A stretch of DNA of 64,000 nt from a virus (IMGVR_UViG_3300027730_000005); one strand, 5' to 3'. Positions 11,471-19,929 are shown, counted from the stretch's first letter. Notes: generated by a model not told the origin, from the letters alone. Made by a program: numbers and translations.

Positions 11471-12013
11471 TTATAGTCTATCTGAGCACACATCCCAGTT
11501 GATGATACGCCAGATGTTGTTGAGATATTTTTCTTTTTCCCACTGATAGTCAGTGGCCCAAACATGCTCCCACCAGTCAATAAGTACACATATATCTGTA
11601 CGTACAGCATGATTTTTGATGGTTTTGATCTCTCCACCGGTGCTCAAGTAAACCCAACCCGATCCCTGGATTTTCATTGCTGTTTCTTTCACAGCGTCTT
11701 GAAATGCTTCGTAACTTTTGAACTTGCGTTCAATCAGTTCCAATACAGCGCCTCTAGGTCGATTTGTGCCTCGGGGCGGTTGTAATTGTGGGAAGAATTT
11801 GTTGTGCAAAAAGCTACCTGCACGATTAAAATCAGCATCACCTTCGCCGGCATTGTAGCGTTTGGCATAGCCTTTGGCCAGATGCTCGTAGTGATAGTTG
11901 ATACTGTCTGCACTCAGCACAGGTGCTAACTCGTCAGTAGCATAAGGCAGAGGTGTAGTTTCCAGTTTGGCTGGTCTTGTGCTGGCTTCTAATAGATCAA
12001 TATGTTCACGCAT
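11471..12013 (-). CDS. sod: Fe/Mn superoxide dismutase, divergent
   Basis: PLPY..LAP, NYH, FLHN and DWWEH supply all four metal ligands. Confidence 0.85.
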   Translation of the reverse strand: MREHIDLLEASTRPAKLETTPLPYATDELAPVLSADSINYHYEHLAKGYAKRYNAGEGDADFNRAGSFLHNKFFPQLQPPRGTNRPRGAVLELIERKFKSYEAFQDAVKETAMKIQGSGWVYLSTGGEIKTIKNHAVRTDICVLIDWWEHVWATDYQWEKEKYLNNIWRIINWDVCSDRL

Positions 12014-12021
12014 GCAAGTAT

Positions 12022-12240
12022 TTAGCGCCGACGGGTAATACGCCCTTTGGTGAGATCATACGGTGAAAATTCAATCAACACCCTATCACCCAGTAAGATC
12101 TTGATATCATGCTTGCGCATACGGCCTGAGATATAGCCGATAACTGGGTTTTTTACACCATCTAACTGTATACGGAACATGGTATTTGGTAGGACTTCTA
12201 GTACCTTGCCTTCTAATTCTATGTTTTCTTCTTTTGCCAT
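12022..12240 (-). CDS. infA: Translation initiation factor IF-1
   Basis: [22 protein letters not shown]...[27 protein letters not shown]. Confidence 0.95.
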   Translation of the reverse strand: MAKEENIELEGKVLEVLPNTMFRIQLDGVKNPVIGYISGRMRKHDIKILLGDRVLIEFSPYDLTKGRITRRR

Positions 12241-12251
12241 TGACCTATTAC

Positions 12252-12653
12252 TTAGCTAAAGTTGATTTCTGCTGTGATCTTTTGCAGACGGTCAAAACGG
12301 AAACTACGCCATTCATTTTTCTCCAGGTCAAATACTCGTAGACTGTGCGGATCTGGTTCTTTACGTGATTTCTTGCTTTTGACCAGCCCGTCCACATTTG
12401 CTGTGCTGGTGCTGAAAATTGCAGCATCAGGTTGTGCAGGCATCCGGCTGCTGTCTAGGGTACAAAGCATGTCACGTACAGAGCCATCGGCTTTGACAAA
12501 GGTCACAGTGATTGGGTTCTTTTGTAACAGACTGCGCACCCAGTCTCGGATTACAGTTTTTTCTGTGTCTGTGGATTCTTGATATTGTGTGCCCGGTGCT
12601 TTTTTGAGCAGTCGAAACACTTCACTCTTTTCCCAATCCATTATTGTATCCAT
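12252..12653 (-). CDS. WYL_2/DUF2693-like SH3-fold protein
   Basis: [16 protein letters not shown]...[15 protein letters not shown]. Confidence 0.65.
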   Translation of the reverse strand: MDTIMDWEKSEVFRLLKKAPGTQYQESTDTEKTVIRDWVRSLLQKNPITVTFVKADGSVRDMLCTLDSSRMPAQPDAAIFSTSTANVDGLVKSKKSRKEPDPHSLRVFDLEKNEWRSFRFDRLQKITAEINFS

Positions 12654-12674
12654 ACTATCTCCTTTTAAAAATTT

Positions 12675-12911
12675 CTACGACCACTTCAACGCAAACCAAG
12701 TTGCCAACTTTGGATCCTTGACTGTGATAGTTGGTATGTATTCAACTGTGGCGTCGCCCAATGGTTGTGGATTTATTTCCTTTTCAACACGCTCATAGAA
12801 CCAGTCATAATCAGTGCCGTCTTTGGGTTTGTTCAAATTGCCTCTGCCCACATTTTTCCACAACCATTCTGTACATCCTGATGGCACACCTTGCCGAAAC
12901 TCTAATGTCAT
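12675..12911 (-). CDS. Small LRWS-family protein
   Basis: Ends WFALKWS; ATG overlaps the upstream TGA. Confidence 0.7.
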   Translation of the reverse strand: MTLEFRQGVPSGCTEWLWKNVGRGNLNKPKDGTDYDWFYERVEKEINPQPLGDATVEYIPTITVKDPKLATWFALKWS

Positions 12912-13156
12912 GACCACCTCAACAAGAATAACGTAGCATCTTTACTTTCCTCAAAAGCAACCTCTCCGCCCCACCATAACTGGTATTCTCCGCAGTGTGT
13001 GTTTATCCAGTTTATTACATCCTGGCTATCATGGTGCAAGAATAAATTTGGTACCTGGACAATGGTCCATCCCCGAGCTTTGCACAGCACTTGTGCATCA
13101 ATAGTATCAGACAAGTTTTTTGCAATTTTATCAATATATTCTTGTTGTAAATTCAT
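12908..13156 (-). CDS. Small LRWS-family protein
   Basis: Ends LFLLRWS; TAATG overlap with the upstream gene. Confidence 0.7.
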   Translation of the reverse strand: MNLQQEYIDKIAKNLSDTIDAQVLCKARGWTIVQVPNLFLHHDSQDVINWINTHCGEYQLWWGGEVAFEESKDATLFLLRWS

Positions 13157-13545
13157 TATGACCACCTTAATGCCGCCATTGTAGCATACTTGGCATATTT
13201 CTGTCTAATCTTTATTGATAGACGATTTGCAGCCACATCATTATTGGCCATACCCCAGTTCCAATCCCACCCTTGCCGACCAACATGCTGTTCCATCCAA
13301 GGACGATAATGATCGTTTGGGTCAGCACTGTCAACATATTCAAAGCATTCGCCTATACCCGACCATCCATCTCTATGACTGGGTCCAACTTTTACCGGTC
13401 CCTTTGGCCACGCTACATTGACCACAACCCCGGGCATGAATCTCCACCAAAGTTTGTCATAAAAATTAAGACCGCAAGGCGTCCACCTGCTGAGTCCATT
13501 CAAGTTTTTCCAACAGAACAATCCTTTGATTTCACTCTTGCTCAT
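13156..13545 (-). CDS. LRWS-family protein
   Basis: Starts MSKSEIKG by ATGA overlap; ends AALRWS. Confidence 0.7.
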   Translation of the reverse strand: MSKSEIKGLFCWKNLNGLSRWTPCGLNFYDKLWWRFMPGVVVNVAWPKGPVKVGPSHRDGWSGIGECFEYVDSADPNDHYRPWMEQHVGRQGWDWNWGMANNDVAANRLSIKIRQKYAKYATMAALRWS

Positions 13546-13742
13546 GCCCACCTCAATGCAAACCACATGGCATCTTTACCCTCGCCAAAATAATACACGA
13601 TACTAGAGTCATTTACCCAACCACCGGGCACCGACTTTAGTCTTGTAGTATTAACAGACTCATTGGTAATATAACTAGGACAATTTTCTTTAGCCCATGC
13701 TAATGCAGTCCAATCTGGATCGTAGGGTAGTGTAACTGTCAT
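13542..13742 (-). CDS. Small LRWS-family protein
   Basis: Starts MTVTLPY; ends WFALRWA. Confidence 0.7.
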   Translation of the reverse strand: MTVTLPYDPDWTALAWAKENCPSYITNESVNTTRLKSVPGGWVNDSSIVYYFGEGKDAMWFALRWA

Positions 13743-13969
13743 GACCACCTCAGTATAAACCAAGTACGATCTGCTTCTTCACGGAACCAATACTTTTGAT
13801 TACTGCCCACCCAACGAGCATTTTCTGTAAACCAATTATTTTGACCCATTATATCCAGCAGCCATTTATTCATATCATACCACTCTTGTTCATTATAGTT
13901 GTATGGTCGAATCCAATAGGGCCATTTGGGTTGATTGTCAGCATAACCAGTTTCAAGGCGTTTTGTCAT
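13739..13969 (-). CDS. Small LRWS-family protein
   Basis: Starts MTKRLET by ATGA overlap; ends WFILRWS. Confidence 0.7.
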   Translation of the reverse strand: MTKRLETGYADNQPKWPYWIRPYNYNEQEWYDMNKWLLDIMGQNNWFTENARWVGSNQKYWFREEADRTWFILRWS

Positions 13970-14355
13970 CGACGCATATGTGCAGAATCTTCTGCTGCCT
14001 GCCGATTGAACACTGGCTGCAAACAACTCTTGTGCATCACAGCAATGCCAATGATCTCAGTACCTGTATACACTTTGACGTTGGAACTAGTATCATGCCC
14101 TTGGGTCACGCGGCTAGGAATATGATGTGTGTTAGTACGACCCACTGGCGTGTTTAGTTTATACACCAGTGGGTCTGCTGCCATTGCCCGTTTACGCTTG
14201 CGTTCTTCAGCTTCCACACCCTGGCGTTTCAACAGTTCTTTCCAGCTTGAATCTAGCTCACGGGCACGAGCAGCTTCGGCAGCATTGCGAAACTTGACCT
14301 TGCCCCGCTTTTTGCCACTCATACTGAGACTGGGGTGTGCTAAATGCATTGTCAT
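13966..14355 (-). CDS. Conserved hypothetical protein of T4-like phages
   Basis: VYTGTEIIGIAVMHKS..PVF motif; SD GGAG; follows a sigma70 promoter. Confidence 0.65.
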   Translation of the reverse strand: MTMHLAHPSLSMSGKKRGKVKFRNAAEAARARELDSSWKELLKRQGVEAEERKRKRAMAADPLVYKLNTPVGRTNTHHIPSRVTQGHDTSSNVKVYTGTEIIGIAVMHKSCLQPVFNRQAAEDSAHMRR

Positions 14356-14378
14356 ATGTATCTCCAAGTAATGCTGTT

Positions 14379-14407
14379 ATTATAGCATATACAGGATTAT
14401 TGGTCAA
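14379..14407 (-). promoter_or_regulatory. Sigma70-type early promoter
   Basis: TTGACC-N17-TATAAT with TGn extension. Confidence 0.85.
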
Positions 14408-14421
14408 GTAGTACTAGAGTA

Positions 14422-14730
14422 TTACCTGAACAGCAGCAGGGCCATGAGCACAGCTTGCACAATAAAGCCCAGGCCAATTGTGATGATGTTGAGCATGTCT
14501 TTGAGCACCACAGCACGTAGGAACATCAGTACCAGGCCTGCCCACATAAACAATACCATATCCAGCTGTGGGGCACGGTCGCTGAGTCCAGACATTAGAG
14601 CCAACAAGGTGGGAATGGTAGCAGCGTGAATCACAATCACTGAAAGCCAACCCAGGGTCTCTGCTGAGATTTTTCCAAAGTGTTCAACAAAGAAGTTTCG
14701 AACTGCGGGCACAATGTTGTTGATGTTCAT
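14422..14730 (-). CDS. Small multi-pass membrane protein
   Basis: 102 aa with about three hydrophobic segments. Confidence 0.6.
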   Translation of the reverse strand: MNINNIVPAVRNFFVEHFGKISAETLGWLSVIVIHAATIPTLLALMSGLSDRAPQLDMVLFMWAGLVLMFLRAVVLKDMLNIITIGLGFIVQAVLMALLLFR

Positions 14731-15305
14731 GAGCGGTCTCCGTAAAAAATATGACGTCCAATTTTTTCAATCCGGGGCAGTTTCCACCCCGGGCTAACAT
14801 AGTCAGCATGATAGTAAAGTGCATCTTCTAGACCAGGCAATCTAAATCCTTCCAGCAACACTTTTTTGGCCACAATCTCTGATTCATTCCACAAGGGTTT
14901 GTTAATTGCACGAGTGGTATGGTTGCCTTCGCAGTACCAGCTAAACTGACAAACTACTTTTTCGTAGAATACATTTTTCTGATACACTACCCCGCAAACA
15001 GAATCGGGAAATTTTCCAGACTCCATTCGATTCAGGGTAACCTGCGCCACACCAACTTTGCCTTCAAACGGCTCACTGGCCGCCTCCCAGTAAATGTTGC
15101 GTGTCAAACATTCTAGCTCTTTGGTTCTTTGAGCTGCTGACACATAATTGTCAGACATGTTGTTGTTTGCTTGTCGTAGGTAATCGAGTTTTGTAGTGCT
15201 AGTCACAAACACAGCAGCCAACACCACCCATAGTCCAAAGACTTTTAGTAGGCGTGAGCTCCAGGTTGCAACTTGCAAAGTGGTTGAGGTTACATTTGCG
15301 TTCAT
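14727..15305 (-). CDS. Cell wall hydrolase, SleB/Hydrolase_2 family
   Basis: CLTRNIYWEA..EP..GK..VAQVTLNR, CQFSWYC, LYYHADYV.P.W, IGRHIFY; N-terminal TM. Confidence 0.9.
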   Translation of the reverse strand: MNANVTSTTLQVATWSSRLLKVFGLWVVLAAVFVTSTTKLDYLRQANNNMSDNYVSAAQRTKELECLTRNIYWEAASEPFEGKVGVAQVTLNRMESGKFPDSVCGVVYQKNVFYEKVVCQFSWYCEGNHTTRAINKPLWNESEIVAKKVLLEGFRLPGLEDALYYHADYVSPGWKLPRIEKIGRHIFYGDRS

Positions 15306-15399
15306 AGGCTGTTACTTAGTAGGTAGTACCACATTGTGAAGCATAGCCCCACAAAATGGTACGTTTTGGCCAATAAGTGGGTAGTTATCCCACAATAGT

Positions 15400-15428
15400 A
15401 TTATAGCACAGTTTGACTTATTGGTCAA
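15400..15428 (-). promoter_or_regulatory. Sigma70-type promoter overlapping the nadE 3' end
   Basis: TTGACC-N17-TATAAT. Confidence 0.75.
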
Positions 15429-16218
15429 ACTTGCAAACCGGGATTGGTTGCATTTTGTGCATGTTTTTAGCACGAAGCTCTTGATAACGTTTTAGCTTTT
15501 TGCGATCGTCTGCTGACAGCTTGGTACTGCCGGGCATGTCCGAGTCCACCGCCTTGACAAGTTTTAAGAAGTCCAAGGCCATCATGCGTTCTAGATCAGG
15601 GTAAGTCATGCCAATCTGATCTTCATCTGTACGACCATCTGCCCAAAGTCCATCAGTAGGAGCAGCATCGATGATCTCCGGTGCTACGCCAAGTTCGCGA
15701 CCCATGTCCCATACATGTGTTTTGAGACAGTCGCCAATGGGACTGAGGTCTACTCCACCGTCACCATATTTAGTAAAGAATCCCACTCCAAAATCCTCTA
15801 CACGGTTACCTGTACCTACCACAATACCCTTCATGCTTTGTGCAATCTGATACAAAGTCATCATGCGCAATCTGGCTCTACTGTTGGCATACGCCAGTTC
15901 ATTGTATACACCATCTGCTGTGGCTTTTTCAAACTGTTTAAATGCAGCAGTAAGATCAATATTTTTGTGCAGCACAGTGTTGGGGAATTTCTCTAACAGC
16001 CAGGCTCCATGTGCCATGCTTAGACTGTGAGTGGCCTTGCTTTGACAAATGGGCATGCTCACCGCATGTACATTTAGTCCGGTCATAGCACACAAGGTAC
16101 TGACCACAGCAGAATCAATTCCGCCAGAGATTCCTATCACTAATGTGTCAATTTTGGCACTTCGGGCATATGCACGAATCCACTTGACAATTGTGTTGAT
16201 ACGTTGTTTTGGGGTCAT
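15418..16218 (-). CDS. nadE: NH3-dependent NAD+ synthetase
   Basis: GISGGIDSAVV, N.RARLRMMTLY, GTGN..E..VGFFTKYGDG, PTDGLW; no glutaminase domain. Confidence 0.92.
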   Translation of the reverse strand: MTPKQRINTIVKWIRAYARSAKIDTLVIGISGGIDSAVVSTLCAMTGLNVHAVSMPICQSKATHSLSMAHGAWLLEKFPNTVLHKNIDLTAAFKQFEKATADGVYNELAYANSRARLRMMTLYQIAQSMKGIVVGTGNRVEDFGVGFFTKYGDGGVDLSPIGDCLKTHVWDMGRELGVAPEIIDAAPTDGLWADGRTDEDQIGMTYPDLERMMALDFLKLVKAVDSDMPGSTKLSADDRKKLKRYQELRAKNMHKMQPIPVCKFDQ

Positions 16219-16802
16219 AGTGTTGGCGGTTGCATTTTCTTGAGTGCTTCCCACATCTGACTTTTCTCTTGGCATTTCTTTTCCAGTTTTCTATATCGTT
16301 CGCCAAGTCGGCGTAGATCATCCCATTCTTTTTCCATGTCAGGATTAGGTGTGAGAATGTTGAGTCTTTGTTCTATCTTGTCCATCCAGGCACTCATGCT
16401 TTTGCCATTGATCTCAATGTCGGCGGTTTGGCCCTTTAGACTCATTTTGCCGCTTTGATCAATGTTTGCTAAAGAAATATTACCCGGACTCCATGAGGTT
16501 GCCCCAGTGGCATTGGTGGTATAGATGTACGGTCCTACAGTACCAGAGGAGAGTCCTACAGTACCAGAGGAGAGTCCTACAGTACCAGAGGAGAGTGATC
16601 CTGTAGCACCAGTAACTTGCATATCACTAGCACTATACCCTACATCCATTGATCCAGTGACTTTACTAGTAGTCCATGGATATGCATTGGCATTTTGAAT
16701 TGTTTGATCGACTTGGTCTTGTGTTAGGATGTCAACAGAGTTCCAGATCTCGCGAATGTCGCGGAGGTTTTCAAGATCCAATGATGATAACTTGTGACTC
16801 AT
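16215..16802 (-). CDS. Hypothetical protein with a GLSSGTV tandem repeat and C-terminal coiled coil
   Basis: ORF track; ATGA overlap with nadE. Confidence 0.65.
   Translation of the reverse strand: MSHKLSSLDLENLRDIREIWNSVDILTQDQVDQTIQNANAYPWTTSKVTGSMDVGYSASDMQVTGATGSLSSGTVGLSSGTVGLSSGTVGPYIYTTNATGATSWSPGNISLANIDQSGKMSLKGQTADIEINGKSMSAWMDKIEQRLNILTPNPDMEKEWDDLRRLGERYRKLEKKCQEKSQMWEALKKMQPPTL
16532..16594. repeat. Three exact 21-bp tandem copies (gtcctacagtaccagaggaga)
   Basis: Read directly. Confidence 0.9.
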
Positions 16803-16804
16803 GA

Positions 16805-16993
16805 TTATGCCTTGGCAGACAATGCTTCTTTTTCGGCAGTGATTTCTTTACGGCGTTCTTTGATGCCCTTGCTCATTTCCTGCAAGGCCTTGCGAGCGCG
16901 AGCTGCTGCGGCTTTTACACCTTTGGCTGTGAATTTTTCATTCTCTGCAATATAAGTTTGGTACGCGGCGACGATTTGGTCGTGATTGGTCAT
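16805..16993 (-). CDS. Histone H1-like Hc1-family small basic protein
   Basis: ENEKF..KGVKAAAARARKALQE..K..KE.RKEI; 62 aa from ATG 16993. Confidence 0.6.
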   Translation of the reverse strand: MTNHDQIVAAYQTYIAENEKFTAKGVKAAAARARKALQEMSKGIKERRKEITAEKEALSAKA

Positions 16994-17070
16994 GATATTT
17001 GTTCCTTTGTTAATGACTGGATGTTGTGTCCATGTCAATAGTATATACTCTTGTTGACCGGAAGTCAATA

Positions 17071-17286
17071 TTATTCTATTATAATATGGCGACGTTCCCA
17101 TGAATCCCATATCACCGTGAGCTTCCAATCACCAGACCAACTTAATTGGAATAGTTCCAACGCCCTATAGTCAGGCAAGTGCAAGCGATTGTCTTGTATG
17201 CGAGCACGACCTCTAGGATTGTTTTTGATCCAGGACTTGAATTTAGCATCCGGCTCCTGGCCGCGATATAGTATTATGTATTGCAC
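17071..17286 (-). CDS. Small hypothetical protein, possible distant LRWS-family member
   Basis: Contains LFQLSW; GTG start. Confidence 0.5.
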   Translation of the reverse strand: MQYIILYRGQEPDAKFKSWIKNNPRGRARIQDNRLHLPDYRALELFQLSWSGDWKLTVIWDSWERRHIIIE

Positions 17287-17330
17287 AGAATTAGCATGAA
17301 CTTGTGTTCATGAAATATTTATCCAAAAGG

Positions 17331-17351
17331 AAAGGCCCTGTACGGGCCTTT
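17331..17351 (-). terminator. Intrinsic terminator-like hairpin
   Basis: AAAGGCCC-5nt-GGGCCTTT followed by CCTTTT. Confidence 0.6.
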
Positions 17352-17373
17352 GGCGTGCGGAAGTTGCAGTTGA

Positions 17374-17721
17374 TTATACCGCTACCTTGTCACCATTGAG
17401 AGTGGTTTCAGTAGAAGTTGGCACTGCCACGGTCTTCACAGCCTTGACTTTGATTTCGCCCTTCTTGGCGATTTTGCTCTTTTCAGAGATCTTATTAGCC
17501 ACAGCAAAGCCAGCGTCGCCTGCTGTGATACCCAGACTCTGCAAGTGTTGCAGAGCTTCCAGCTTGGTCATTGCCCTGGGCAGTTCAACCAAGTTGATAT
17601 CGGTGCAGTTGTTTTTGTTGAGAATCTTGATACGTGCTACCAAGTCGTTTGCAAAGCGGACCTTAACAGTGCCATCGGCATTGGTTGCAGTTCCTGCTAC
17701 GGTAAAAGTTTTTTCAGTCAT
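17374..17721 (-). CDS. Hypothetical early protein
   Basis: 115-aa ORF downstream of promoter 17775-17803. Confidence 0.65.
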   Translation of the reverse strand: MTEKTFTVAGTATNADGTVKVRFANDLVARIKILNKNNCTDINLVELPRAMTKLEALQHLQSLGITAGDAGFAVANKISEKSKIAKKGEIKVKAVKTVAVPTSTETTLNGDKVAV

Positions 17722-17774
17722 GATTTAAGTTGCCTTTTGAGTTGATTTAAATGCTGTTCCGCACAGCTGACCTA

Positions 17775-17803
17775 AGTATAACACAGAGATTGGTCAATGT
17801 CAA
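17775..17803 (-). promoter_or_regulatory. Sigma70-type early promoter
   Basis: TTGACA-N17-TATACT. Confidence 0.8.
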
Positions 17804-17832
17804 TCTTTTTGTTACATTAGATTGGGGATGAT

Positions 17833-18090
17833 TCACTTGGAACCAGTATTGGTGATTTGGCCTGTTTGCAGCATGCTTTCGAATGTGTCAAACAGTGTTT
17901 CAAATTTGCGATGATACACCGTGGCCAGAGCAGTAAACTCATTGCCCAGTGCTCCTTGATCAGCAAACAGCTTGACATCATCTACCATGCTCCAACATTG
18001 CAGGATTTGCTGTTCCAGATCAAAACGATCTACTTGAGTTGTTGGAACTATAGTCACGGATTCCGTGGATTTGTTTTTGCCTTTTTTCAT
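17833..18090 (-). CDS. Hypothetical protein
   Basis: ATGA-coupled to 18087-18374. Confidence 0.6.
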   Translation of the reverse strand: MKKGKNKSTESVTIVPTTQVDRFDLEQQILQCWSMVDDVKLFADQGALGNEFTALATVYHRKFETLFDTFESMLQTGQITNTGSK

Positions 18091-18374
18091 TCTTCAACTC
18101 CAGATTTCTTTTTTGCTAATTCTTGTTCGCATTGAGTAATTGCGGCGTCAAGCATAGCAGTTGTAATTTCTTTGGGATTCATTCCAAAATGCAGTTTAAT
18201 TAACTCTACACCCTGCCCGCGACTAATCATGTCACGCAACATGGGATTCAATGCTATGCAACATTCCCGCACAATCAACTCGGCAAATTTTTCAGCGTGA
18301 TCAACACCCATCCATTTACCGCTGGTATCTGTTCCGGCCTGCTGCATCAGTTCTCGAATTCGTTCGTTCATCAT
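18087..18374 (-). CDS. MNERI/EKFAELIV-family small protein
   Basis: MNERIREL...EKFAELIVREC...HFG. Confidence 0.7.
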   Translation of the reverse strand: MMNERIRELMQQAGTDTSGKWMGVDHAEKFAELIVRECCIALNPMLRDMISRGQGVELIKLHFGMNPKEITTAMLDAAITQCEQELAKKKSGVEE

Positions 18375-18610
18375 TCAACTCCGAAATGTTCTTTAATCTC
18401 GTCCCTAATCTCTTTCAACGCATCATAAGTCCATTCGCAGGCCATTTCACCTGCGGCACTATTGCCAACTGGAATACGATATGTTTCAATCTTGTCAATA
18501 CATTCCCGCACAATCAACTCGGCGAACTTTTCCTTACTGAAGACGAGTTCTCCATCGTATTCCACAAGACTTTGTGCGGCAAACCGTTCTAACATAGGTA
18601 TTTTATTCAT
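18371..18610 (-). CDS. EKFAELIV-family small protein
   Basis: Starts MNKIPML by ATGA overlap; ends EHFGVE. Confidence 0.7.
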   Translation of the reverse strand: MNKIPMLERFAAQSLVEYDGELVFSKEKFAELIVRECIDKIETYRIPVGNSAAGEMACEWTYDALKEIRDEIKEHFGVE

Positions 18611-18765
18611 AGTCCTACTTGCTTTCCAAATAAACAATAAACTTCGAACCACTTGGTAGGAGGATTCTCAATGAAATATGGATTCACACGGAATGTGATT
18701 TCCCAGTCTCTTGACCACTGAAAGTGTCGTGTTCCAAATCTAATATTAAACCAAAGATTGCTCAT
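18607..18765 (-). CDS. Small 52-aa protein not in the track (MSNLWFNIRFG...KQVGL)
   Basis: Translated by hand; ATGA-coupled at both ends. Confidence 0.65.
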   Translation of the reverse strand: MSNLWFNIRFGTRHFQWSRDWEITFRVNPYFIENPPTKWFEVYCLFGKQVGL

Positions 18766-19073
18766 ACATTCCCCAATCCTATTCTACTATAACCCAACCG
18801 GCTCTTGATATCTTTACGGTCTTTGTTCTTCTCTGGTTTCCACGCTCTGGGATCAACTGTAGCACCTGTGAGTTCATATCTAAAATCTGGGTCATAAACC
18901 ATATAGCCCAGTTTGTTCCATTTGATTGCTCCATCGTCAAACAAAAAGATACAACCACGACACATACAGAAACTGGCACCACGATCACTCATGACATTGC
19001 CATTGACGGTGCCCACATACTTGACAACATTACCCTTGTGCATTTCTCTCAGGGCTTCCGAATAATCAATCAT
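18762..19073 (-). CDS. Hypothetical protein
   Basis: ATGA-coupled; SD GGAG. Confidence 0.6.
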   Translation of the reverse strand: MIDYSEALREMHKGNVVKYVGTVNGNVMSDRGASFCMCRGCIFLFDDGAIKWNKLGYMVYDPDFRYELTGATVDPRAWKPEKNKDRKDIKSRLGYSRIGLGNV

Positions 19074-19297
19074 TCTTCAACTCCAAAATGTTGTTTTAGA
19101 TTGGCAATAATAAAACTTTTAGATAAAATTAGTGTGCCTTCTTCGGTGGCAGGCGAGCCATCAATCCAACTTACACATTCCTGAACAATCAACTCGGCGA
19201 ACTTTTCAACATCAAACTTGTTACCAATATAACAACCAGTTTCATCATAACAACGAGGTGTTGCTAACTTCTCCAGTTCTTTAATTCGTTCGTTCAT
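19070..19297 (-). CDS. MNERI/EKFAELIV-family small protein
   Basis: MNERIKEL...EKFAELIVQEC...QHFGVEE. Confidence 0.7.
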   Translation of the reverse strand: MNERIKELEKLATPRCYDETGCYIGNKFDVEKFAELIVQECVSWIDGSPATEEGTLILSKSFIIANLKQHFGVEE

Positions 19298-19395
19298 TTT
19301 GCCATGATCCTTGCCAACACTTCACGAGCCGCAGACAGGTCTTCTACTGGCCAAGTTGAATAAGATTGTGTCCAAGCAACGGAATACATTTTCAT
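19294..19395 (-). CDS. Small 33-aa protein not in the track (MKMYSVAWTQSYSTWPVEDLSAAREVLARIMAK)
   Basis: Translated by hand; SD GGAGG; ATGA-coupled to the next gene. Confidence 0.55.
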   Translation of the reverse strand: MKMYSVAWTQSYSTWPVEDLSAAREVLARIMAK

Positions 19396-19396
19396 T

Positions 19397-19825
19397 TTAG
19401 GCCTCCAAGGCATAGGGCTTGTCCCATGTGCCAATGTTGATGTCAATGTAGTGTGAGCGATGAAAGTAATCAGTTTGGGCGTCGTCTTTGTTGAAGAAGT
19501 CCGGACCTTCCATAGCAGCCTTCATCTCGGTAAGAAACGCTCGGGCCTTGCCGCTGTAGTGTTCATGGATCCAATAAGTGTTCACGTCCAGGCTACGATT
19601 CTTGCGGATGTAAGCCACTTGGTCCTCGCTCATCTTGTTACCGTAGTTCTTGGCAGCATCGGTTTGGATGTAGTTTTCAACAAAGTCAATGCTGCCTTGA
19701 CGCACATTCAGCACCAGTGTTGAGTGATTGCGAACTGCAATACTTGCCTTGATGCCGTACTTTTTGCAAATTGCCTTGATAGTAGGGGCCAGTTTTGCTT
19801 TCATGTCCTGGGATACGTATGCCAT
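19397..19825 (-). CDS. Hypothetical early protein
   Basis: First gene behind promoter 19859-19887; SD AGGAG. Confidence 0.7.
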   Translation of the reverse strand: MAYVSQDMKAKLAPTIKAICKKYGIKASIAVRNHSTLVLNVRQGSIDFVENYIQTDAAKNYGNKMSEDQVAYIRKNRSLDVNTYWIHEHYSGKARAFLTEMKAAMEGPDFFNKDDAQTDYFHRSHYIDINIGTWDKPYALEA

Positions 19826-19858
19826 CTTTCACTCCTGTTTGTTGCTGTCTATGTGTAT

Positions 19859-19887
19859 ATTATAGCAAATTGAGAAATTCTGGTCAA
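19859..19887 (-). promoter_or_regulatory. Early promoter cassette, copy 1
   Basis: TTGACC-N17-TATAAT plus leader ATACACATAGACAGCAACAAACAGGAG. Confidence 0.85.
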
Positions 19888-19929
19888 CCGTTTTTGCTAC
19901 ACAAAAAGTAGTACTAAAAAGTATTACTT

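Noticed and set aside
16532-16594. 21-bp triple repeat containing GGAG as a regulatory or iteron element
   Set aside because: It is in frame within a Ser/Gly/Thr linker (GLSSGTV x3); simple slippage expansion is sufficient.
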